DNA of 64,000 nt from Trichoplax sp. H2 (lineage: Eukaryota), in assembly GCA_003344405.1 (NCBI GenBank), contig NOWV01000014.1, forward strand, positions 124,001 through 188,000, read 5' to 3'. Numbering within the stretch: position 1 is the stretch's first letter; the number at the start of each line of letters is the position of its first letter. A program made the translations under genes and the position numbers. The notes under the pieces are model-generated. The model made no database searches. It was not told the origin of the DNA and worked only from the letters and a program-made list of their open reading frames with translations. Below, piece by piece: positions 42,772 to 54,115 of this stretch.

Positions 42772-44380
42772 ATGGCTATATTAAATCATCCATCCAATCA
42801 AGTTTATCCGCAACGACGGCATCGACGCCAAACTTGGCCATCTACCAAACGTCAATCTCGTAAAAATATTCACGGCAATCAAGGTCGATGCCAACTATTC
42901 AAACAACGACGACAATTATTGCTTGACTTCAGCCGGCAAACTCTATCCACCCTCTCAATAGATAATTATTCGTCTCAGAGTTTCTCTCGATCTATATTAA
43001 ATGCTATTAAAGCGTTAACACAAATCATCAAGGAGTGGCTGATCTTATTGGTTCGCTTTATGTGGAATGTAATTTGCCTTAACTATGCTGAAATTGCCGA
43101 ACAAGCAGATTTTGACGATAACACTAATTTTAGCAGTATTTTATCTAGGAGAATGAAACAAGTTACCTATAAAAATTATCGACTTAACTTAGGAGATGAT
43201 CTCTATGGTAATATTATTCGATTACCATTCAGCTATATGTTTATACTTATTGGTACGATCTATCTTAGTATTAGCATTGCCTTTGCTACAACTTATATCC
43301 TAGCTGATGTTGTCGATCTTGAATTAGCTTATTCTCCTTGGTACTGGCTAGTTTATAGTTTATCTGTAACGACATGTTTAAGCTCGGAAGGTTTAGATAT
43401 TAGTCGTGTCCATATCGGTATACTCTTGATCGCTAATTTACAAGCTTTTATAGCTCAGTTGTTATTGGCATTTGTCACCGGCATCGTTTTTGCTCGATTC
43501 TCACGACCTTCTCGTCTAATTCAATTCTCTGATAAGTTAACTATTAATTCAATCGATGGTACTGATTATATTCAAGGAAGGTTAACAACAATTCGACCCC
43601 GACTTATTGTCAGCGACTGCCAGATAAAATTGTTTATCGTACGGCCTTATGAGACTAAAGAAGGAGAAAATGGTGTCCGAACTACGTAAGAATTCTAGCA
43701 ATTAGATGATATTGAAGACGTGAACGAAACATTTTCCATCGAAAGCTTTCTCATTTATAATAGTTAAGGCCCAAAAATAAATAAAGCGCTCATAACCTCA
43801 TCTAAGTAGATTGGAATGTTCTTCTATAATGATTTAGCTTAAAACCATGTTCTTTCATTTCATAAAATAACTTGTGCTCCATTTAATCCGATACTTTCAT
43901 TTGTAATGTTTTCAACTTTTAGGGAACTCGCTTTAGTCAATAATGCTTTTCCTACAATGGATTTCATGATCAAATTTTCACATCAATTAAACGATGAAAG
44001 TTTACTTCGACAAGCAATAGAGACTCCAGATGAAGATTTGATCCTATTAGCCTACTTTACTGGCACGAATGCTTGTTCTTACAATACTATGTATGAATTA
44101 AAACGTTATTCTCGCGAAAATATCTTTAGGTAAGTCGTAAAATAAAAGTGTATGAATGATTACTTTATTAGCACAGACTGATAGTTTAACGAAGAGCTAC
44201 CTTAACTAAAAGTGCTATCTGCAATCGTTTTTATCTTGGACTAGACACCATCAATTTGTGGACATGATCTCTATAGACAAAGCTGAAGAAGGTGTTGAAA
44301 AATTTATAGTCGATTTCGCCAAATTAAATCAGCTTATTCCATTTGATCAAACTAAACGAGAGAAATCAATACTAGAATAA
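42772..44380 (+). CDS. Atypical Kir/KirBac-like channel, copy 4 (418 aa; exons 42772-43685, 43923-44129, 44245-44380); filter CLSSE
   Basis: DDLYGNIIRLPF, YSLSVTTCLSSE, TGIVFARFSRP, HQLNDES, TGTNAC, HHQFVDM, VDFAKL. Frame intact. Confidence 0.9.
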
Positions 44381-45982
44381 ATCGTAAAAACTATAGAGAT
44401 TTGAGCTTACCCACAGTATGTGGTTCAAAGTGGTTTAGCAAGAATAGTTCAAATTGCATGAAAATGTCCACCAATGTTTAGGTTTGTTGCGTTTGAACGA
44501 AACAATTAGTCTTGCCTAAGAAATCAAAATAACTATGGCAATTTGAGCTTATTCATAGAACCGTATGCAGCTCCCAGTAATTAATTTGCTATTTAAGTAA
44601 TATTCTGGGGAATATGATACCTGATGCATAAAATTAGACAAGACTTTTACGCTATGGCTGATTGTTAGGATGGAGTGAAGCAACGACTCTAATTCAAGAG
44701 TATCTGAGAATCATCTTTACTGATAGCAAACTAGAATTCTATTTGATTTAATCCATGCCGCGAGATAGCAAATGATTAGAGACAATGAAGCCGTAAAACT
44801 TGCTTTACCGAGATTATTTATCAATAGAGATCGTAAGCGAGAAAGTAAATTTCAGGAAGTATTGGCAATGACACACTAGAATCAAATTTGAACAACATAT
44901 TTATAAATTCATAGATTTATTATACGAGTATCTACGCAATCGAGATAAAATCGTAAATTAAAATTAAAATAAGATGTCATGTAAAAGTATCTTATTTAAT
45001 TAGCAGCTATGATGGTGATAGCATTAAACAGAAATTATATTAACAATTTAAATTCTATCACAGCATATGTTTACTTGATTTAACAAATTGAAGTATTTTT
45101 CGTACCTGAATAAATATTGGCAACATTCGGACTACTGAACCAATGTTGTTAAAATGAATCATTTAATATATCTGGATATACACATACAGTGGTCAATTTA
45201 GATTATCTGCGTACATCTAGACGGAAGAATCGGTTTATTGCGTAAAATAATTGCTTTATAAGGGCTAAATAACGGCAGCAAAGTCAACAATAAATAGGAT
45301 TTTCACTTCATAAGACTGAAGACTAATAATCTTTATTGATTGCAGTGATATCTTTAAAGTGGGTAGTCAAAACTAATACAGTTATTATACATTCATACTA
45401 GCCAATCTAATTTAATTTTTATCAACAGATCAGTTATAATAATATAATAAGGGTTTTAGATTATTAAGATATGAGTAAAGACAGTGATTGCTTTTACGCT
45501 ACAGTATCAGACCATGAATTAGATTGTACAATAGAAGCTATATAAACACTATTACTCATAGTAGATCAGTTTTGGAAAAGTATGGTCATTCTAGGTTACT
45601 GAGGTATGTGTATTTAGAGACAATTGCCTTCCATAATTATCGATATACTGCCTCATTAGGTATTCAATATCTTCTTTCTTCTATGTGGTAAATAGAATTT
45701 TGTCAACCGACAAATACTGCGCAGGACTTAGTGATGGGTAACAGATAATACTTTAATTCACAATTAGTCTTGCAGTATATTAGCATTATGAACTTTAATT
45801 GGCTCTAATACTACAGTATCTTAACGTAAAACAATTTATAGTGATGAATTAAAGTAACCTCCAATTTCTTCCGATGTATAAATATTAGTTAGTCTTTAAA
45901 CGAATCGGAGCAGTAAGCTTTTTCAACATAGCATCTGTTTTCATTTATAATAAATTTTACCAATATGATTATATGATATCCT

Positions 45983-46840
45983 TGTGATAAAGATATACCG
46001 GAAATATTTCTGGATCTTCTCCTTCTATCTCGAACTACTTATCAAAATTAGTCCTTCCTGACAACTATAAACTTCTCCCTTAAGTTTCATGGCAGAAATG
46101 ATATAGACTCCTTACGCATAAACGATAAAATGACAGACTTTCTATTATTATAAAAGTAACTCGCTTTATACATTCTATTTATATTCGTGAATAGCTAAAA
46201 ATTAATACTAGTAAACGATATAGGCTTTCGTCTATTCTTAGACCTAAATTTGTATCACTTTATATTCTACTTTAAAATACGTTAGAGCGCGTATATAATA
46301 CGAGACAGTGATGATTAGAATACGATCTGATCTTGGAGCTCTCTTAAAAATTAGGTAACTAACTAATTCACTCGATCTTGCTAGAAAAAATGAATTAATT
46401 TTACAATCCATAATCCTAACGACAAGCTCTTTAATGTGTTTTACTTTACGGTGGTCTTTAACACCGTAATACTCGTCTACATATATATCATACTCCGATA
46501 TTCTTATCATATTTATCTTTCATTGTGATTTCTTCAACACTAAATCAAGAACTACAGTTTCTTGTAAATTTCACTCTACATGTAATTACATAAGTTTGGT
46601 TAGTCTAACCTCTACCAAGGACTATCTGACTATCTTAATTATTACAACAAAATTCACGGTTTATACTCGTATACAATAAGTCATAGAATACGTTTCAGCT
46701 ACATAATCATATCTTGCCAATTAAGAATCAAGATCAGATCTAAATTTACCATCGCGCGATCTATTCATAATTCGTACAGTTTAAACTATTCTCATACAAC
46801 CTTGGATCGTAATCTAAGCTATATTTGGGGCCGCATTACA
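45983..46840. mobile_element. Second copy of the LTR-like element at 26562-27043 (clear homology 46524-46840; possible 5' end TGTGATAAAG at 45983)
   Basis: Shares taaatcaagaactacagtttcttg, ctaccaaggactatctgactatct, cagatctaaattta and the terminal gtaatctaagctatatttgggg...taca. Lacks ~165 bp present in copy 1. No matching TSD. Confidence 0.6.
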
Positions 46841-47996
46841 GCTATTACCTTATTATCTGGTTTCATTTCATTCTTTTGCACACGGTATAGAGATTAAACG
46901 TATCAAAGTCAATAATAATGATACGCTTTTGCCCATTTCTGCTATCATATACCCTGGTTTAATCTATTTTAAACTATCAATACTTTCAATTGATACTATT
47001 ATATCGTTAGACATAAATGCTTCCACCAAAAGCTGCCACGTTAAGAAAGTCCTGACAAGATATTATGATAAAATATCTATTTTCGTCACCATTTCTTCAT
47101 AATGACCCATTTTATCTATACCTATAGTCTTTTATCTAGACGTGATCTTTTTCCAATCGTTTTTACTTTTAATTTACATTGGTATATCATTGAGGATCTA
47201 TACAGTGAATAAAATGTTGCGATGTAAAGCATGATGCTGATAAACTATTAGAATAATGTATCTCTTTTTGGATCGATACTGGTAAAGTGGATGATCAAAG
47301 TAAGGATATGGATATACTTTCCAATGATGTTACGGGCATATTATTTTCATCGTAATTGTAGATGTCAGTCTTTGTTGTCAATTAAAATCATGGAAACTGT
47401 CTAACATAATAAAAACAACTCTGTACAAAAGTTTTGAAACACAATGAATCAGCATTTTGACTGTTTGGCCGTTTTCTAGCTCAAGATACCCCAGTTAGAA
47501 TTTAACTCTATATCAATAAAAGTTACTATTAATTATTAATCTTACAGGAGAGTACTAATAGAGCTGTAAGAGTAATAAAATTAATCATTATCATTGCTGA
47601 ATTCGGCGTATGGTAGTATACCTGGGAGATAGACTCATAAAGCTAAAATGTTCCAAGTTGCTACATGGACTAATATCCATCCTTGATGCCAAACACGTAT
47701 TCTGTTATATAAGTATTCATCCTAAGTTGATTTTTGATCTGTAAACTACTTTACCTTGCTATAAAATTAAATGTAGAAAATAAACTATATATTCTTTTGG
47801 TTAGAATTTAAACGAATTATTCTAGAAATAGACTCTAACGATATCATTCCGTCGATAGAAAAGATACGCAACTTCCATTTCGCAATAAAAGCAATTAAAA
47901 GATCATTTTATACCTGTTAGTAAATAAATAGCGTCAAGGAAAATCGATAAAGTCACGCTTTGATATTTTAAACTTGAACAATTCTAATCAATCTTA

Positions 47997-49596
47997 ATGG
48001 CTATATTAAACCATCCATCCAATCAAGTTTATCCGCAACGACGGCATCGACGCCAAACTTGGCCATCTACCAAACTTCAATCTCGTAAAAATATTCACGG
48101 CAATCAAGGTCGATGCCAACTATTCAAACAACGACGACAATTATTGCGTAATTTTAGACGGCAAGTTGTAACCACCCTCTGCAAAAATAATTATTCGCCC
48201 CAGAGTTTCTCTCGATCTATATTAAATGCTATTAGAGCATTAGCGCATATCATCAAGGAGTGGCTGATCTTATTGGTTCGCTTTATGTGGAATGTAATTT
48301 GCCTTAACTATGCTGAAATTGCCGAACAAGCAGATTATGGCGATAAAACCAATATAAGCAGTATTTTATCTAGAAGAATGAAACAAGTTACCTATAAAAA
48401 TTATCGACTTAACTTAGGAGATGATCTCTATGGTAATATTATTCGATTACCATTCAGCTATATGTTTATAGTTATTAGTACGATCTATCTAGGTGTTAGC
48501 GTTGTCTTTGCTATAACTTATTTCCTAGCTGATGTTGTCGATCTTGAATTAGCTTATTCTCCTTGGTACTGGCTAGTCTATAGTTTATCTGTAACGACAT
48601 GTTTAAGCTCGGAAGGTTTAGATATTAGTCGTGTCCATATCGGTATACTCTTAATCGCTAATTTACAAGCTTTTATAGCTCAGTTGTTATTGGCATTTGT
48701 CACCGGCATCGTTTTTGCTCGATTCTCACGACCTTCTCGTCTAATTCAATTCTCTGAAAAGTTAATTATTAATTCAATCGATGGTACTGATTATATTCAA
48801 GGAAGGTTAACAACAATTCGACCCCGACTTATTGTCAGCGACTGCCAGATAAAATTGTTTATCGTACGGCCCTATCAGACTAGAGAAGGAGAAAATGGTG
48901 TCCGAACTACGTAAGAACTCTAGTTTTAGGTTATGTTGATGTCATAAACGAATCCCTTTCTCTTGAAAGCTTTCTTGTTCACCATAATAAAGATTATAAA
49001 ATAAATTAAGCGCTTATAACCTCATCTAGACAGATTAAAAAATTTTCCTCTACAATGATCTAGCTCGAAATTGCTTTCCTTCCATTTTATAAATGGATTA
49101 TGTTTCATTTAATTCGACATTTTCGCTTTTCAATTTTTAGAGAACTCCCATTAACAAATAGTATATTACCTACATTGGATATCATGATCAAATTTTCACA
49201 TCAATTAAATGATGAAAGTTTGCTTCGACAAGGATTAGAGACTCCAAATGAGGATTTTTTCCTATTGGCCTACTTTACTGGCACGGATGCTTGTTCTTAC
49301 AATACCATGTATGAATTAAGGCATTATCGACGCGAAGATATCAAAAGGTAAGTCGAGAAGTAAAATTCTATGAATTATTACTTTACTAGCGTTAGCTAAT
49401 ATGCAGATGGAGAGCTACCTTTACTGAAACAGTTATCTGTAATCATTTTACTTTTGATAGAAACCATCAATTTGTGAACATGGTCTCTCAGCTCGAAGCT
49501 GAAGATGATGCTAAAAAATTGACAGTCGATTTCGTCAAATTAAATCAACTCGTTCCACTTGATCAAACTAAACAAGAGTTATCAAAACTGCAATAA
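47997..49596 (+). CDS. Atypical Kir/KirBac-like channel, copy 5 (418 aa; exons 47997-48910, 49141-49347, 49461-49596); filter CLSSE
   Basis: Close paralog of copy 4 with the same exon lengths (914/207/136 nt). Frame intact. Confidence 0.9.
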
Positions 49597-52041
49597 GTCA
49601 CAACAACTATAGAAATCGAATTTTATAGTATGCAGTTCGAATGATTTAGCAAGAATGTTTCTCATTAACGTCATTAGCGATCTAAAAATAGCATAAAAAG
49701 GTCTAATAATATTAAAACTTGTTGGTTTAAATAAAAAAATTAATTAGTCTAACTTAGGGAATCAAAACTACGATCAATCAAGACATCTATAGGAATTCGA
49801 GCTTATTCATTGTATACGAGCTTCTAATAGCTAATTTATCATTTAAGTAATATTCTTGAAAATATGATATCCGATGTATAAAATTAGACAAGACGCTTTG
49901 CATTATGGCTGATTGCTAGGACAAAACGAAGAAATGACTCTAATTGAATAATATTAGAAGATTGTTTTACTGATGGCGAAGTAGGATTCTATTTAATCCG
50001 TACCATAACTAATGATTCTGCGATAGTGAAGCTGTAAAACTTGCTTTCTTAAGATTATTTGCCAATAGAGATTGCAAGCGAGAAAGTAAAATTAAGGGAA
50101 GTATTGGCGATGGCAAGCTACAACCAAAGTTTTCCACAGAATATTTATAGTTTTAGTATACTGTATGTTTTTCTATACAATCGAGATAAAATCATAAATT
50201 CAAAACGCAATTTCATGTCAATTGGAGCAACTCCTAGCACTTTCGTCTATATGCTGTCGTCTACATATGATATCGTTCTTCGATGCCTTTATCATTTTCA
50301 TCTTCCATGAATTCATAATACACTTCTTGAATTAACAATTAATTACATATGTATAATCATAATAACATTTAAGCAGCTTCTAGTGCAATAGTTTATTTGC
50401 TACATTTACATAATGTATCGTTTTCGATGTTCTTATCATCCACTAGCGTAGATACTTAAATGGTCTAGTATACAAGTTCAACGATCCTCATACGATCTTT
50501 CTAACTTAATCTTCGCTATATTTTCAGTAGAAGTGGCTGATAACATCGATACTACCCGGGATAGTTCTGATGCTATCCATTAATCGATGTTAACCATAAC
50601 ATTCACTTATCATTCTCCATTACTGTGATGATTTCAGCTACTTGTAGTAGTGCAGTGGCTGGCTAAATTTTGGGGTTACGTAGGTGAACAAACAGTAATA
50701 GTAAGAGACTATTACTCGGTTAATACAAGTACCTTTACCTACGAGTATATGGCTTGTCTGTATATTTTATTAAGCAGTTGCTAGTACTTAAGTTTATATA
50801 TCGTGTCTACAAATCATTCTTTAATACCTTTACGTTAATCATCTACGGTGTTATTCCGCATTTACCTACGAGCATACCTTGTCTAGATATATATTTAAGT
50901 GGCTTCTAGTACCTTCGTTTATATATCGTATCTCTACATATGATTCTCTAGTACCGTTATCTTAAGACTTAATCATCTTCTGTTGATATCATTTTGCATT
51001 GACCAATTTGCCTTGTCTACATAGATTTCGTTCTCCGATACCACTATCCCTGTTCATCTTGCATGACTTAATATTGCAACTATTAAATAAATGATCTTAT
51101 ACAATATAATGGTATTCAAGCAGCATCTCTCAATATCTTAATCACCTTGAGCAATATGAGCGTATCTTATTTATATCGTCATAGTGAAAACCGTGATTAA
51201 CTTATTATCGAGTATTCTTTGCATATAGAGGACAAAAAGATCAAAATCAAAGATACTAGCACCCTTTAGTCCATTTTTGCAGTCTTCTATCCTGGCTTGA
51301 TCTATTCTAGACTATTGATACTTTCCGCTTACGCTAGTATACCATTCGATATAAATATTCGTACGTCCATCAGTACCTGCAGCCTAAAGAAAGATAGAAA
51401 GAAGCTCCTATCTATCAAAAGAAAACCCTGGTAAACCAATAGAATAAACTATCTATTTTGGGCACCATTTTTTGATGATTGAATGATCTATTTTATCTAT
51501 TTCTCTCGTCTTTTATCTAGTCTAGATCTTTATCAAATTGTTTCTACCTTCAATTTACATTAGTATACCATTTGAGATCTCTACGGTGATTAAGAAGTTA
51601 CGATGTAAAGCCCGGTGTAGATAACCAATTAAAATTCGTAAACTATCAGTTTCTTGCATATATACCAGCACTATGCAAGAATAATGATATACTTTCCAAT
51701 GATGAGGATATTGTTTCTGTTACAATTGTAAACGTGAGTCTTTGTTCTAAAGTAAATTATAGAAACTCCTGACCAATATTACGCAACATATAGAATAGTT
51801 AGAAACACAATGAATCAGCATTACGATTATTTGATCTTCCTGCAACTTGTTAAGACACCCTAGCCGGGATTTACCTCTGTGTCAATACTAGCTACTATGA
51901 ATTGATTAACATTGTAAAGTAGTATTAATAAAATTATAAAAGCAATAAGAGTTATTATAATCATGACTGAGTTCAATGTATGGTAAGATACCTTATAGTA
52001 TATTTATAATAGCTAGAATATTCCAAGTTGCTATATTAATT

Positions 52042-52290
52042 ATCATCATCCACACGTTATGCCAACTAAGTATACTGTTCTCTATTCATCCTAAGTTTGA
52101 TCTTTAATCTGTTCTCTACTAGTCATCATCATCCACCCTTTATGCCAACCAAGCATACTGTTATATATTTTCATCCTAAGTTGATTTTGCATCTGTTCAC
52201 TAGTAAGTCATCATCCTCCACCCATTATATCAACCTAGTTGACTGTCCTATATTCATCTTAAGTTGATTTTGGATCAGTTTACTACTTTA
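52042..52290. repeat. Three ~80-bp tandem units upstream of channel copy 6
   Basis: tcatcatcc...ttat..caac...actgt...ttcatc.taagtt.gat...atc.gtt repeated three times. Confidence 0.8.
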
Positions 52291-52538
52291 CCTTGCGGTA
52301 TATTCATCAAGTATAGGTGATAAAACTATCATCTTCATGTTGAAATTTAAACGAATTATCCAAGAAATAGACTTTAGGAATATCATTCGATCGATTAAAA
52401 GTAATTTGGTAATAGACGCGATCGAAGGATAGTTCTTAGTCTTTGAATTATCATTATCAACAAGTAAATAACATTAGAAGGTTTTATGGATTACGCTTTA
52501 CCATTTTAAACTTGAACGATCCTAATCAATCTTCATTA

Positions 52539-54115
52539 ATGGCTACACTAAATCATCCATCAAATCAAATTAACCCACAACAACGGCAACGACGCCAAAC
52601 CTGGCCGTCTACTAAACGTCAATATGGTAAAATTCATCAAGGTAGTCAAGGTCAATGTCAATTATCTAACCAACAACGACAATTATTGCGTGATTATAGA
52701 CGGCTTTCACAAGTTGTAACCACCATCTCCAAAGATAAACATTCATTTCGTAGTCTCTCTCGAGATATATTAAATGGCATCATAACGTTAGTACAAATCA
52801 TCAAGGAGTGGATAATTGTATTAGCTCGCTTTATATGGAATATCATTTGCCTTAATTATGCTGAAATTGCCGAACAAACAGATTTCGGTAATATGTCTAA
52901 AATCAGTAGTACGTCAGTGAGCAGAATGAAACAAATTATTTTTAAAAATTATCAACTTCGCTTGGGAGATGATTTTTATGGTAATATTATTCGACTGCCA
53001 TTCAAGTATATCTTTACCTTAATTGGTATGATCTATCTTGGTGTCTGCGTTGTCTTTGCTATAACTTATGTCCTAGCTGATATTGTCGATCTTGAATTAG
53101 CTTATTCTCCTTGGTACTGGCTAGTCTATAGTTTATCTGTAACGACATGTTTAAGCTCGGAAAGTTTAGATATTAGTCGAGTCCATATCGGTATACTCCT
53201 GATCGCTAATTTACAAGCTTTTATAGCTCAGTTATTATTGGCGTTTATCACTGGTATCGTTTTTGCTCGATTCTCACGACCTTCTCGTCTAATCCAATTC
53301 TCTGACAAGTTAACTATTAACCCAGTCGATGGTATTGATAATATACAAGGAAAGTTAACAACAATTCGACCACGACTTGCTGTCACTGATTGCCAGTTAA
53401 AATTATTTATTATACGACCCTATCAGACTAAAGAAGGCGAAAATGGTGTCCGAACTACGTAAGAATTCTAATAATTAGATTATGTTAAAGACGTAAACGA
53501 ACCATTTTCTCTTGAAAGCTTTCTTATTTACCGTAATTAAGATTGTAAAATCAATAAAGTAATGATCGCGATCTCTTAAACTTCGTCTATGCAGATTGAA
53601 TTTCCTTTACCACAATCTAGCTTGAAACGACTTATGTTTCATTTAATTCGATATTTTCATTTGCAATATTTTCAACTTTTAGGGAAATCCCTTTAATAAG
53701 TAGTCTCTTTCCTACGATGAGTGTCATGCTTAAATTTTCACATGAATTAAACGAGGAAAGTCTACTTCGACAAGCTTTAGAGAATCCAGATGAAGATTTT
53801 AACTTATTGGCCTACTTTACTGGTACAGATTCTTGTTCTTTCAATACCGTCTATGAAATAAAACATTATCGACGCGAAGATATCATTAGGTAAGTTGACT
53901 TTATTAGGTAACGGTTGATAGTTCAACCAAGAGCTACCTTGACTAAGTACTATCCGTAATCCTTTTTATTTCCGAACAGAAATCATCAATTTGTGGACAT
54001 GCTCACTAACATCGAAAGTGAGGATAACACTTATAAATTTTCAGTCGATTTCGCCAAATTGAATCAACTCGTTCCGTTTGACCAAATTAAACAAGAGAAA
54101 TCAAAGGTGCAATAA
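52539..54115 (+). CDS. Atypical Kir/KirBac-like channel, copy 6 (420 aa; exons 52539-53458, 53683-53889, 53980-54115); filter CLSSE
   Basis: ATG at 52539 (MATLNHPSNQ) matches the starts of copies 4/5. Exon 2 EIPLISSLFPTMSVMLKFSHELNEES...TGTDSC and exon 3 NHQFVDM...VDFAKLNQLVP were translated by hand. Confidence 0.9.

Noticed and set aside
52443-52538. 32-aa N-terminal extension of channel copy 6 in the ORF track
   Set aside because: It starts at a TTG; the ATG at 52539 matches the paralog starts.
16158-54115. Channel copies as pseudogenes or bacterial contamination
   Set aside because: All six splice to open frames with GT-AG introns at identical positions, and they are contiguous with animal housekeeping genes.
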